A DNA stretch of 64,000 nt, from assembly GCA_035491895.1 (NCBI GenBank), contig DATJJY010000045.1:7673-71672 (forward strand), read 5' to 3'. The position numbers and the translations under genes are program-made. The DNA is from Gemmatimonadales bacterium (GTDB taxonomy: Bacteria; Gemmatimonadota; Gemmatimonadetes; Gemmatimonadales; GWC2-71-9). Below the pieces are notes generated by a model that worked only from the letters and a program-made list of their open reading frames with translations, had not been told where the DNA came from and did no database searches. Below, in pieces: positions 37,334-46,467 of the stretch (positions within the stretch are counted from its first letter, which is position 1; the number at the start of each line of letters is the position of its first letter).

Positions 37334-37653
37334 TCCGTGTCGTCTCCGCCGGCCGTGCCGGCGCCGAACGCGCCGAGCCGTGGCACGAGAAAGAAGCCGT
37401 CGCGGAACGCCGGCGCCAGCTGGGCGGGCGTCAGGGCGAGCGGCACGGGCCGTACCTCGTCGACGCGATACCGCACCGCCACCGGGCCCGGCGTGAACGG
37501 CTGCACCGTCTCCGTTCCCGGGACGGCCGCGATCTGCGAGACGTAATCGAGAATGCGCGACATCTGCTCGGTGAGCGCCGGCAGCGCCGCCTCGTCGACG
37601 TGCAGCTCGGCGAGCCGGGCGATGCGCTCGAGCTCCTGACGCGAGACGCTCAT
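37330..37653 (-). CDS. gatC: Asp/Glu-tRNA amidotransferase subunit C
   Basis: VSRQELERIARLAELHVDEAALPALTEQMSRILDYVSQI, 107 aa. Conserved gatCAB order. Confidence 0.85.
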   Translation of the reverse strand: MSVSRQELERIARLAELHVDEAALPALTEQMSRILDYVSQIAAVPGTETVQPFTPGPVAVRYRVDEVRPVPLALTPAQLAPAFRDGFFLVPRLGAFGAGTAGGDDTE

Positions 37654-39911
37654 GCCGTGTCGCCATCCCAGTCGCGCTCCAGCCCCGCGAAGGCGACCAG
37701 CAAATGCTTCGTCCCCACGTCGACGTCGTCGAACTGGACCATGACCTTGAGGTTGCGGCCGATGCCGGACACGTCCTGCACGATGCCGCTGCCGAACTTC
37801 CGATGCCGCACCCGCTCTCCTTTCACGTATCGTGGCACGTCTTGCGATTCTTCGACATCGAACGGCTCATCGATCGGCAGCCGCTCGACGGCGGGGCGTC
37901 TCGTCGGCGCACTCACGCGTGAGCCCCCGCCCCGTGCCATGCCAGCGCCGCGCGACCAGGCGGGGGTCGTGCTGCGTTCGACGACGACCGCGGGCGGCAG
38001 CGCGTCGAGGAAACGCGACGGCTCCGCCATCTCCAGCCGCCCATTGCGATAACGGGTGCGCGCCCAAGAGAGATACAATCGCTCGCGCGCGCGCGTCAGA
38101 CCCACGTAGCACAGCCGGCGCTCTTCCTCGAGCCCGCCCGGCTCCCCCGCCGTGCGCGCGAGTGGGAAGAGTCCGTCCTCGAGACCCGCCAATGCCACCA
38201 CCGGCCACTCCAACCCCTTCGCCATGTGGACGGTGAGGAGCGTAACGCCCGAGGCGCCCGCCCCGCCGTACTCGTCCGTGGGCGTCAGCAGGGCCGATTG
38301 CGTGAGGTAACGCCCGATCAGCGACCCGCCATCCTCCTCCGCATCGACCGTCTCGGCCACCTCGGCCCACGCCGCGGCCCCGGCGGCCAGCTCCCGCACG
38401 TTCTCCAGCCGCTCGACCCCTTCCACACCTTCATCAGCGAGCCACGCCTCGTACCCGGTGGCCGCGATAGTCGTTTCGAGCGCGGTGGCGGGGTCGGCCT
38501 GCCCCACCGCATCCCGCAGCCGGTCGACCAGGGACGCGAACTGCCGCAGTGCGTCCTTGAGCCCGGGCCGTACCCCCTCGAGCCGGTCGGCAGTGCGGGC
38601 GGCTTCGAGCAGCGGCTTCTTCCATTGCCGGGCGGCGGCCGCCAGAACGCCGAGCGACGTCTCACCGATCCCCCGGCGGGGCACGTTGGCGACCCGGGCG
38701 AACGCCTGGTCGTCGGCGGGATTGGCGATCAGGCGCAGGTACGCGAGCAGGTCCTTCACCTCGCGCCGCTCGTAGAAGCTCACGGCCCCGACCAGGCGGT
38801 ACGGTACGCCGCGCATGCGGAACGCCTCTTCCATGGGCCGGGACTGGGAATTGGTGCGGTACAGCACTGCCATCCCCTCGTACCCGACGTCGTGCTGCTC
38901 GGCCTGCTCGGCGAACTGCGCCGCGAGCCACTCCGCTTCATCGCGCTCGTCGGCCGCCGTGAGCAGGACGATCTGCTCCCCGCCCTGGATGGCGGTGAAC
39001 AGCGTCTTCCCGATGCGGTCCTTGTTCTCGGAGATGACGCCGTTGGCGGCGTCGAGGATGATCTGGGTGGAGCGGTAGTTCTGCTCGAGCTTGACGAGCG
39101 TCGTCCCCGGAAAATCCTGCTGAAAGGCGAGCATGTGCCGCACATCGGCTCCGCGCCACCCGTAGATCGCCTGATCGTCGTCGCCCACGACACAGAGATT
39201 GCGGTGCTGCTCGGCGAGCGCCTTTACCAGTCGATATTGCGCGGCATTCGTGTCCTGAAACTCGTCCACCAGTACGTGGTCGAAGCGGCGCTGCCACCAT
39301 GAAAGCCGCTCGGGATGCTCGCGGAACAGCCGCAGCGGCGAGAGCAGCAAGTCGTCAAAATCCATCGCGTTGGCGCGCTGCAGCGCACCGCCCAGCTCGC
39401 GATAACAGTCCGCCGCTACCCGGGCCAGCGGCGAATCGGCGGTATGATAGAACTCGTCGGGGTCGATGAGCCGGTTCTTGGCGCCCGAAATGAGCGCGTA
39501 CAGGGCGCGCGGCGGATACGCCTTGGGTGACAGCTCGCGCTGCTCCAGCATGCGTTTGAGCAGGGCCTGCGAGTCGTCCTCGTCGTAGATCGTGAAGTTC
39601 GGGCCGAACCCGAGCAGCGGCGCCTCGCGCCGCAGCAGGCGCGCCGAGAGCGAGTGGAACGTCCCGATCCACAATCCCCGGGGATCGGCGCCGAGCAGCG
39701 CCGCGACGCGCTCGCGCATCTCTCCGGCGGCCTTGTTGGTGAAAGTGACGGCGAAGATGCGGTCCGCCCGGACGCCGCACGACTGGATCAGATACGCGAT
39801 TCGCGCCGTGAGCACCCGCGTCTTTCCCGATCCCGCGCCCGCCAGAACCATCAACGGCCCGGCGTCGTGCTCTACGGCCCGGCGTTGCTCCGGATTGAGC
39901 GGCAGGCTCAC
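37650..39911 (-). CDS. pcrA: ATP-dependent DNA helicase, UvrD/PcrA/Rep family
   Basis: LNPEQRRAVEH, AGAGSGKTRVLT, VDEFQDTN, YRST and TVHMAKGLEWPVV. GTG 39911 overlaps the kinase stop as GTGA. Confidence 0.9.
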   Translation of the reverse strand: MSLPLNPEQRRAVEHDAGPLMVLAGAGSGKTRVLTARIAYLIQSCGVRADRIFAVTFTNKAAGEMRERVAALLGADPRGLWIGTFHSLSARLLRREAPLLGFGPNFTIYDEDDSQALLKRMLEQRELSPKAYPPRALYALISGAKNRLIDPDEFYHTADSPLARVAADCYRELGGALQRANAMDFDDLLLSPLRLFREHPERLSWWQRRFDHVLVDEFQDTNAAQYRLVKALAEQHRNLCVVGDDDQAIYGWRGADVRHMLAFQQDFPGTTLVKLEQNYRSTQIILDAANGVISENKDRIGKTLFTAIQGGEQIVLLTAADERDEAEWLAAQFAEQAEQHDVGYEGMAVLYRTNSQSRPMEEAFRMRGVPYRLVGAVSFYERREVKDLLAYLRLIANPADDQAFARVANVPRRGIGETSLGVLAAAARQWKKPLLEAARTADRLEGVRPGLKDALRQFASLVDRLRDAVGQADPATALETTIAATGYEAWLADEGVEGVERLENVRELAAGAAAWAEVAETVDAEEDGGSLIGRYLTQSALLTPTDEYGGAGASGVTLLTVHMAKGLEWPVVALAGLEDGLFPLARTAGEPGGLEEERRLCYVGLTRARERLYLSWARTRYRNGRLEMAEPSRFLDALPPAVVVERSTTPAWSRGAGMARGGGSRVSAPTRRPAVERLPIDEPFDVEESQDVPRYVKGERVRHRKFGSGIVQDVSGIGRNLKVMVQFDDVDVGTKHLLVAFAGLERDWDGDTA

Positions 39912-41071
39912 GATGCGGCACCCAACGGGAATTCCAGCACGAAGCGACACCCCGGTGCTTCCGGATAGAAGAGCAGACGGCCGCCGTGCTGTTGCTCCAC
40001 GATGCGACGCGCCAGCGGCAACCCCAGCCCCCAACCGCCCGGTTTCGTCGAGAACCCCGCTTCGAGCGCGCGGGAGATGCGGCCCGATGGAATCCCCGGC
40101 CCGTCGTCCCGGACGGTGATGCGCGCGCGTCCGTCGGCGGCCTCAGCCGTCACGTGCACCGTCCCGCCCCGGCCGGCGAGCGCGTCGATCGCGTTTTTCA
40201 CGATCGCCTCGAGCGCCCATTCGATCAGCACGGGATCGCCCTGCACCATGGGGCCCGTTCCCGCGGCCGCCAGCGTCATCGTCACCGGGTGCGCGCGCGT
40301 CGGGAGCCGGGGCCGGAAATACGCTACCACCCGCTCCGCCGTCGCCCCGACCGCCACCGCCTCCCGCCGCGGGGGCCGGCCGATGCGCTCGAAGCGTCGC
40401 GCTACCCGTTCGAGGCGCTCGACGTCCGTCTGCAGGTAATCGGCCACTTCGGTCGCCGGCCGTTCGGGATGCTCGCGCAGCTGGGCGATCCACCCCGTGA
40501 GGCTCATGAGCGGCGTCCCGAGCTGATGCGCCGACTCGCGCGCCATCGCGACCCACAACCGGTCGCGTACGGCGCCCAGCCGGACGCGATACGCCCAGAT
40601 CGCGAGCCCGACGAGCACCAGCAGTACGCCGCCCTGCAGCGCGGCGAGCCGCTCGAGCCGGCGTGTCACCGGGAGGCCGCCGAAATGCACCGTACCGATT
40701 CCGGCACCCGTGATCGGCGGATTGACCGCGTCCAGCTCGGCGACCCAGGCGCGCAGCGAGGCGCTGTCCCTGGACAAGCCGGCGGGCGCGTTCTCCAGCG
40801 CCGTGACGCGCCCCGCACTGTCGGTGATGGCCAGCGGGATCCCCAACGCCCGTACCTGGGCGGCCAGCTCGAACAACGTCTCGGTGGCGGCGTCGGGGCG
40901 CGGGTCGTTCAACCCGCCGAAGACGTGCCCGAACATGCGGCTCGTCTCGCGGGCGTCCTCCCGCAGGTGACGCGCCACGACCCACGCCGAGCCGACCGAC
41001 AGCGCGCCGAACGCGAACGCCAGCACCACCAGGATCGCCGGTCCGGACCGGTACAGCGCTCCCTTACGCAC
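39908..41071 (-). CDS. Membrane sensor histidine kinase with no cognate regulator adjacent
   Basis: Two TM segments flank a ~120-aa periplasmic loop. H-box ESAHQLGTPLMSL. The N, G1 and G2 boxes are NAIDAL, RDDGPGIP and GWGLGLPLARRIV. Confidence 0.85.
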   Translation of the reverse strand: MRKGALYRSGPAILVVLAFAFGALSVGSAWVVARHLREDARETSRMFGHVFGGLNDPRPDAATETLFELAAQVRALGIPLAITDSAGRVTALENAPAGLSRDSASLRAWVAELDAVNPPITGAGIGTVHFGGLPVTRRLERLAALQGGVLLVLVGLAIWAYRVRLGAVRDRLWVAMARESAHQLGTPLMSLTGWIAQLREHPERPATEVADYLQTDVERLERVARRFERIGRPPRREAVAVGATAERVVAYFRPRLPTRAHPVTMTLAAAGTGPMVQGDPVLIEWALEAIVKNAIDALAGRGGTVHVTAEAADGRARITVRDDGPGIPSGRISRALEAGFSTKPGGWGLGLPLARRIVEQQHGGRLLFYPEAPGCRFVLEFPLGAAS

Positions 41072-42377
41072 CGGCCGCGGCGAGGCGTTCGCTGCCCATG
41101 TAGGGAACCAGGGCCCGCGGCAGCGAGACGCTGCCGTCCGGAGCCTGCCGCGTCTCGAGCAGCGCGGCGATGGTCCGCGGCAGCGCGACCCCGGAGGCGT
41201 TCAGCGTGTGGACGAACTCGGGCTTCTCGCCCTTGGCGGCGCGAAACCGGATCCCCGCCCGCCGGGCCTGAAAATCGGTGAATGTGGATGCGCTCGACAC
41301 TTCGAGCCACGCGCCGACTCCCGGCGCCCACGCTTCGAGATCGTAGGTCTTGGCGGCGGAGAATCCGAGGTCACCCGCCGCCAGCGCCACGACGCGATAC
41401 GGCAGCTCGAGCAGCTGCAGCACCGCCTCGGCGTGACTCGTCAGCTGCTCGAGCTCGCGCTCGGAGTCGGCCGGCCGCACGAACCGCACCAGCTCCACCT
41501 TGTCGAACTGATGCACCCGCAGGAGGCCGCGCGTATCCTTTCCGGCGGCGCCCGCTTCCCGTCGGAAGCACGGCGTGTAGGCGGTGTGCGCGATCGGCAG
41601 GCGCGCGCCATCGAGGATCTCGTCGCGATACAGGTTCGTCAGCGGCACCTCGGCGGTCGGGACGAGATAGAGTTCGTCCTCTGTGGTGCGATAGGCGTCA
41701 TCCGCGAACTTCGGCAGCTGTCCCGTCCCCTCCATCATCTCGCGTCGCACTACGAACGGGGGCGCGACCTCGATGTAGCCGTGCTGGCGCGTGTGCAGGT
41801 CGAGCATGAGCTGCAGGAGCGCCCGCACCAGCCGCGCGCCGGCGCCGACGAACACCGGGAAGCCCGATCCGGCGAGCTTGGCGCCGCGCGGGAGGTCGAA
41901 CAACCCCAGCCGCTCCCCGATCTCCCAGTGCGGCTTCACGTCCGCTCCCGCGGGGCGCGGCGTCCCCCAGGTGCGGACGACGACGTTGGAACTCGCCGGA
42001 CCGTCGGGGACATCGGGCAGCGGGAGGTTGGGAACGTAGAGCAGTCTCTCGTTGAGCTCGTCGTCGATTGCGGAAAGTGTCGTCTCGAGCTCATCGATCT
42101 GACCACCAACTGCCTGGCTCTCCCGCACCAGACGCTCGGCTTCGGAGTCGGCCGGAATGTCCACCTTGCCGCCCGCTTTCCGGACCCGCTTGCTGATGTC
42201 GGCGGTTATGGCATTGCGCTTGCCACGAAGCTGATCGATCTCCGTGACCGTCACGCGTCGTCGGGCATCCAGGTTCTGAATGTCACCAACAAGACCATCG
42301 ATCCCCGCGTCGCCGCGGCGCGCGAGCGCCGCCCGCACCTGAGCGGGGTCGCTGCGCAACAGCCGCAGGTCGATCAT
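41064..42377 (-). CDS. serS: Seryl-tRNA synthetase
   Basis: MIDLRLLR.DP, a coiled-coil arm, class II motifs (FRREAG, GLLRVHQFDKVE) and C-terminal TLNASGVALPRT. Confidence 0.95.
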   Translation of the reverse strand: MIDLRLLRSDPAQVRAALARRGDAGIDGLVGDIQNLDARRRVTVTEIDQLRGKRNAITADISKRVRKAGGKVDIPADSEAERLVRESQAVGGQIDELETTLSAIDDELNERLLYVPNLPLPDVPDGPASSNVVVRTWGTPRPAGADVKPHWEIGERLGLFDLPRGAKLAGSGFPVFVGAGARLVRALLQLMLDLHTRQHGYIEVAPPFVVRREMMEGTGQLPKFADDAYRTTEDELYLVPTAEVPLTNLYRDEILDGARLPIAHTAYTPCFRREAGAAGKDTRGLLRVHQFDKVELVRFVRPADSERELEQLTSHAEAVLQLLELPYRVVALAAGDLGFSAAKTYDLEAWAPGVGAWLEVSSASTFTDFQARRAGIRFRAAKGEKPEFVHTLNASGVALPRTIAALLETRQAPDGSVSLPRALVPYMGSERLAAAGA

Positions 42378-42381
42378 ACCG

Positions 42382-42945
42382 CTACTTGGTCGGGTAGCCG
42401 GGCGTGAGGCTGTGGTAGCCGCAATTCTGATTCGTCAACACCTGCAGATCTATGCGCCGCGCGACGGTGTCGATCTTCAGGACTTCGAGCTTCGCGTAGA
42501 GGAATCCGAACCCTGCCGTGAGCGGGCAGCTCGTCGCGCGGGAGTGGACCACGGCGACGGTACCGCTGTCCACGGGGACGGGCAGAGAGTCGACGTACGC
42601 GCCGCCGGGTGAGGTGGTAATCGCATCGAATGACGCGCTCTGGGGCTGGATCCCCGACCCGATACCGAGGTGCAGGGCGCCGCTCGGCAAGAGCACGGCC
42701 GTGTCGCCCGGTGTAATGTTGAACGCAAAGTCGAAATCCGACTCCAGGTCCGTGCGCACGACGTGCGGCGCAGCGATGCGGAACCCCGACGGCAAGTCGA
42801 GCGCGGTGCCGTCGAGTGCGTACAGCGACACCGTGTCTACGACGTTCTGGCTGACACCCGTCGGGAGCCCGGTCTCCCCGCAAGCGATGGTCAGGAGCAC
42901 GAGTGCCAGGGAGGCGAACGAGGCGGCGGTGAGACAGCGACGCAT
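42382..42945 (-). CDS. Hypothetical lipoprotein
   Basis: MRRCLTAASFASLALVLLTIAC|GE lipobox, with a beta-rich remainder and no recognisable motif. The start was taken at the Met preceding the signal peptide. Confidence 0.55.
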   Translation of the reverse strand: MRRCLTAASFASLALVLLTIACGETGLPTGVSQNVVDTVSLYALDGTALDLPSGFRIAAPHVVRTDLESDFDFAFNITPGDTAVLLPSGALHLGIGSGIQPQSASFDAITTSPGGAYVDSLPVPVDSGTVAVVHSRATSCPLTAGFGFLYAKLEVLKIDTVARRIDLQVLTNQNCGYHSLTPGYPTK

Positions 42946-43005
42946 GGCGTGCGTGAAGATACCCTCGTGCCGCGGACCGATCAACCCTTAACCGACTATC
43001 ACTGC

Positions 43006-43034
43006 TTGACTTCCCGTATGGTGCGTCCTAGCTT
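43006..43034 (+). promoter_or_regulatory. Possible sigma70-type promoter: TTGACT-17 nt-TAGCTT
   Basis: TTGACT is at 43006-43011 and TAGCTT at 43029-43034. The ATG at 43044 would leave a very short or absent leader. Pattern match only. Confidence 0.35.
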
Positions 43035-43043
43035 CGCGCGCGT

Positions 43044-43397
43044 ATGCCGACGATCCGTGAGCTAGTGCAGGCGATCGCCCGTCGCGATGGCGTCGACGCG
43101 GTCGTCGTGGTGGGGCGCGACGGATTGCCCATCGACTCCGCGACCCGGAACGGCATCGATTCGGAGAGTGTCGCCGCCGTGCTTCCCGCGGTGATCCGCG
43201 GGATGACTGATCTGGGCGGCGCCGGGGGCCGCGGTGACTTCGCCACCGCGGTGCTCGAATTCGCGGTCGGCATGGCGGTGGTCGCCGTGCTCCACTCCGA
43301 CGCCCTCCTCGTCATCCTGGTACGACCCGAGACCAACGTCGGCAGCCTGCTCTTCGATATCCGCCGCCATCGCACGGCTATCGCCGGCTTGCTGTAA
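43044..43397 (+). CDS. Roadblock/LC7 (MglB-like) domain protein
   Basis: 117 aa: ...VDAVVVVGRDGLPIDS......ESVAAVLPAVI......LG....G.F...VLEF..G.AVVAVL.SDALLVILV.P..N.G.L, the typical Roadblock/LC7 pattern. Confidence 0.75.
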   Translation: MPTIRELVQAIARRDGVDAVVVVGRDGLPIDSATRNGIDSESVAAVLPAVIRGMTDLGGAGGRGDFATAVLEFAVGMAVVAVLHSDALLVILVRPETNVGSLLFDIRRHRTAIAGLL

Positions 43398-43414
43398 CCA
43401 GAGGGGCAGGCACC

Positions 43415-43828
43415 GTGGCCCATCCCGCCGGCTCCCGCATCCGCCGACTGCTTGTCGTGGACGACGAGCCACACATCGGACTGTTGCTGCAGCTCCAGCT
43501 CGAATCGCGCGGCTACGAGCTGCGGCTGGCGCGCTCGTTGTTCGAGGCGCGCGGCGCACTCAAGACCGATTGGGGCCCACCCGACGGCATCCTGCTCGAC
43601 ATCCACCTGCCCGACGGCTCGGGTGTCGATCTGCTGCGCGAGCTGCGCGAGCGGCCCGCCACGGCCACGATTCCGGTGCTCGTCCTGACGGCGGAGGGCG
43701 AAGAGCGCGTCCTCGCGGAAGCCCGCCGCCTCGGCGCGCAGACGATCACGAAGCCCTTCAGTCCCACGAAACTGCGCGCCCAGGTCGCTGCGCTCGTCGG
43801 CGACACCGACCCGGACGCCGCCGGGTGA
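43415..43828 (+). CDS. Stand-alone response-regulator receiver domain (CheY-like)
   Basis: RLLVVDDEP, phospho-acceptor context ILLDIHLPDGSG, IPVLVLTA and ITKPF. There is no output domain. Confidence 0.85.
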   Translation: MAHPAGSRIRRLLVVDDEPHIGLLLQLQLESRGYELRLARSLFEARGALKTDWGPPDGILLDIHLPDGSGVDLLRELRERPATATIPVLVLTAEGEERVLAEARRLGAQTITKPFSPTKLRAQVAALVGDTDPDAAG

Positions 43829-44844
43829 ATACCTGGGCGGTAATCCTCGCCGGAGGCGCCGGAACCCGGTTCTGGCCGCTCTCCACGGCCGAGCGGCCGA
43901 AACAGCTCCTGCCCCTCGCCGGCGATCGCCCCTTGCTGGCCCAGGCGGTGCGCCGGCTCGACGGCCTCGTACCTCCGAATCGCGTGCTCATCCTCACCGG
44001 ACCGTTTCTGGTGGAGCGGGTCACCGAGCTCGTTCCCGAAGTGCCCGCGGTCCAGGTCCTCGCCGAGCCCCGCGCCGCGTCGACCGCCCCGGCGCTCGTC
44101 TGGGGCGCGAACTGGATCGCACGGCGCGATCCGGGCGCACAGATGTTGTCGCTGCATGCCGATTGGGCCGTGGGCGATGACGCGGCGTTCCGCGTCGCGG
44201 CCGAACGCGCGCTCGCGACGGCTCGCGACCACGATGTTCTGGTGACGGTCGGCGTAAAGCCGACGCGCGCCGAGACGGCATACGGGTACATCATTCCCGG
44301 CGCCGCGCTCAGCGGCAACCGCCACGCGCGCCGCGTGCAGCGATTCGTCGAGAAGCCCACGGCCACGCGCGCAGCGCAGCTGCGCCGCCGCCGCGCCTTG
44401 TGGAACACCGGGCTCTTTGCGTGGGGCGTCGAGCGCTTTCTCGCCGAGGCCGCCGAGCACGCGCGCGAGCTGCGGCCCGGGCTGCCGGCGCTCGCCTCGG
44501 GCGACGCCGCCGCGTTCTTCGCCGCCGTCACACCCGCGGCGGTCGACATCGCCGTGCTCGAGCGCACCAAGCGGCTCGCGGTCGTCGCGGGGACATTCCG
44601 CTGGGACGACATCGGGTCGTGGGACGCCCTGTTCCGCATCCGCACCCCCGACCCGCACGGCAACATCGCCGTCGGCAACGTGACGATCGGCGACGACGTG
44701 CGGCGCTGCGTGTTGTGGTCGGAAAACGAGCACTTGGCGGTCAGCGGCATCACCGATCTGGTCGTGGTGCGCGCCAACGGACACACGCTCGTCATGCCCA
44801 CCGGACGCGCCGATCGGCTGAAGGCCTTGGTCCAGAAGCTGTGA
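43825..44844 (+). CDS. manC: Mannose-1-phosphate guanylyltransferase (NTP-transferase family)
   Basis: GTG 43825 (GTGA overlap) gives VNTWAVILAGGAGTRFWPLSTAERPKQLLPL, then ...YGYI..G and FVEKP. The track ORF from 43234 over-extends. Confidence 0.85.
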   Translation: MNTWAVILAGGAGTRFWPLSTAERPKQLLPLAGDRPLLAQAVRRLDGLVPPNRVLILTGPFLVERVTELVPEVPAVQVLAEPRAASTAPALVWGANWIARRDPGAQMLSLHADWAVGDDAAFRVAAERALATARDHDVLVTVGVKPTRAETAYGYIIPGAALSGNRHARRVQRFVEKPTATRAAQLRRRRALWNTGLFAWGVERFLAEAAEHARELRPGLPALASGDAAAFFAAVTPAAVDIAVLERTKRLAVVAGTFRWDDIGSWDALFRIRTPDPHGNIAVGNVTIGDDVRRCVLWSENEHLAVSGITDLVVVRANGHTLVMPTGRADRLKALVQKL

Positions 44845-46010
44845 CGCTCGCCCTCTACCTGCTCGACCCCGATCCGGCGCCCGCCTGGGCGCCGTTCGCC
44901 GGCGTGCGCCCCCTGTCCGAGCTGCGGGCCGGCGCCCATCTGATCCGCGAGCGCTGGGAGACGTTCGTCGGCGCCGAGGCGACGGAGGTGCTCGCGCTGC
45001 CCCATCTCGCGGGCTTCGCCGAGCCCGGGATGCCGCCGGTGCGCGCCCGGCACGCCATCGCCGGCCCGGCGGTGATCGGCTCCTCGACCTTCGCCCCGCG
45101 CGGCATCGCTCCAGCGCTCCCCGCGGCCGCCGCGCGACTCGTGTCCCGCGGCATCACCGTCGGATGGGCCGTCCCCGCCGGTACGACGTGGGAGGGTCCG
45201 CAGCCCGTGGCGCAGGCAGTCGAGGTCCCGGGCGTCGTGCTGCACGGCGTGTTCGATCTCCTCCCGGCGCTGAACCAGCTCCTCCCCGAGGACCTGCAGG
45301 CCATGCTGGGCGACTCCGATCCGATCCCCGCCGGCTCGATCGTAATCGGCGACCCCGCGGGCGTGGCGGTGCACGGGGCGGTCGTCGAGCCCGGCGTAGT
45401 GTTCGACGTCTCGAACGGTCCGGTCGTGGTGGAGAGCGGTGCCGAAATCCGCTCCGGCGCGCGTCTCGAGGGACCGCTCTGGATCGGCGCCAACACGCGC
45501 GTGCTGGGCGGCGACATCCGCGGCTCGGCGATCGGACCACGCTGCAACGTCCGGGGTGAGATGTCGGCGTGCGTGTTTCTCGGCTACGCCAACAAGTCGC
45601 ACGACGGCTTCGTCGGCTCGAGTATCGTCGGCCGGTGGGCGAACTTCGGTGCCGGGAGCGTCACGTCGAATCTCAAGAACACCTACGGCCCCGTCCGGCT
45701 CGATGTCGCCGGCACGGCGATCGAAACCGGCCAGCAGTTTCTCGGCAGCCTGCTCGGGGATCACGCCAAGACGGCGATCGGCACGCTCCTCGTGACGGGA
45801 ACCGTCGTGGGCGCCGGCGCCAGTGTATTCGACGGCGTCCGCGCCCCCAAGTACGTGGCGCCGTTCGCCTGGGGCGGCGGCACCGACGAGCGGATGACGC
45901 GTGACGGATTTCTGAAGACGGTCGAGCGAGTGTTGCCGCGGCGGGACGAGACGCTCACACCGGAGATGCGTGAGGTGTTGGGGCGGGTGTATGACTGGGC
46001 GACGAGGTAA
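44841..46010 (+). CDS. Putative sugar nucleotidyltransferase-like protein with a C-terminal left-handed beta-helix (alt-GlmU-like)
   Basis: GTG 44841 (GTGA overlap). The N-terminus lacks GxGxR (LYLLDPDPA..WAPF...RPLSELR.G). The C-terminus has hexapeptide repeats (IGANTRVLGGDIRGSAIGPRCNVRGEMSACVFLGYANKSHDGFVGSSIVGRWANFGAGSV). Confidence 0.7.
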   Translation: MTLALYLLDPDPAPAWAPFAGVRPLSELRAGAHLIRERWETFVGAEATEVLALPHLAGFAEPGMPPVRARHAIAGPAVIGSSTFAPRGIAPALPAAAARLVSRGITVGWAVPAGTTWEGPQPVAQAVEVPGVVLHGVFDLLPALNQLLPEDLQAMLGDSDPIPAGSIVIGDPAGVAVHGAVVEPGVVFDVSNGPVVVESGAEIRSGARLEGPLWIGANTRVLGGDIRGSAIGPRCNVRGEMSACVFLGYANKSHDGFVGSSIVGRWANFGAGSVTSNLKNTYGPVRLDVAGTAIETGQQFLGSLLGDHAKTAIGTLLVTGTVVGAGASVFDGVRAPKYVAPFAWGGGTDERMTRDGFLKTVERVLPRRDETLTPEMREVLGRVYDWATR

Positions 46011-46029
46011 TGTCCGGCGTCCAACCGGC

Positions 46030-46071
46030 GGACGTCTGACGTCAGACATCAGACGTCTGGTATCAGATGGC
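46030..46071. repeat. 7-nt periodic array GGACGTC TGACGTC AGACATC AGACGTC TGGTATC AGATGGC between convergent genes
   Basis: It contains the palindromes GTCTGACGTCAGAC (46034-46047) and CAGACGTCTG (46050-46059). Confidence 0.85.
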
Positions 46072-46457
46072 TACCATGCCCGCGACGTCAGCGGCGGCGC
46101 GTCGGGGACGTGCAGCGTATCGGGACGCGCCGTGGGAGGACCCATGCGCCGCAGCGTCACCGGCTTGTCGAGATCGCCCCCCGAGATCGTGAGCTTATCG
46201 CCCTGCACTTTCATGCCGTAGACGTTCCACACGCCGTCACCCATCGTGAACCAGACGCTGTCCCCCACCACCCGCCAGCGCGCCACCTGATCGCCGAACT
46301 GAGCCGAGCTGTCCGAGCGCACCATGATGAGTCGGGGCCCGTCGTCGGTGTGCGCCTCCCACTTCCCTTCGAGCCGGGGCGCGGAGCGTCCCTGGGCCGA
46401 CAGCGCGGCACCAGGGAGAACCGACAGCAGACACAGGACCAGCAACCGGTGTGGCAT
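46071..46457 (-). CDS. Small secreted hypothetical protein
   Basis: ATG 46457 gives MPHRLLVLCLLSVLPGAALSAQG (signal), 128 aa, beta-rich. Confidence 0.5.
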   Translation of the reverse strand: MPHRLLVLCLLSVLPGAALSAQGRSAPRLEGKWEAHTDDGPRLIMVRSDSSAQFGDQVARWRVVGDSVWFTMGDGVWNVYGMKVQGDKLTISGGDLDKPVTLRRMGPPTARPDTLHVPDAPPLTSRAW

Positions 46458-46467
46458 GCCGTGAAAT

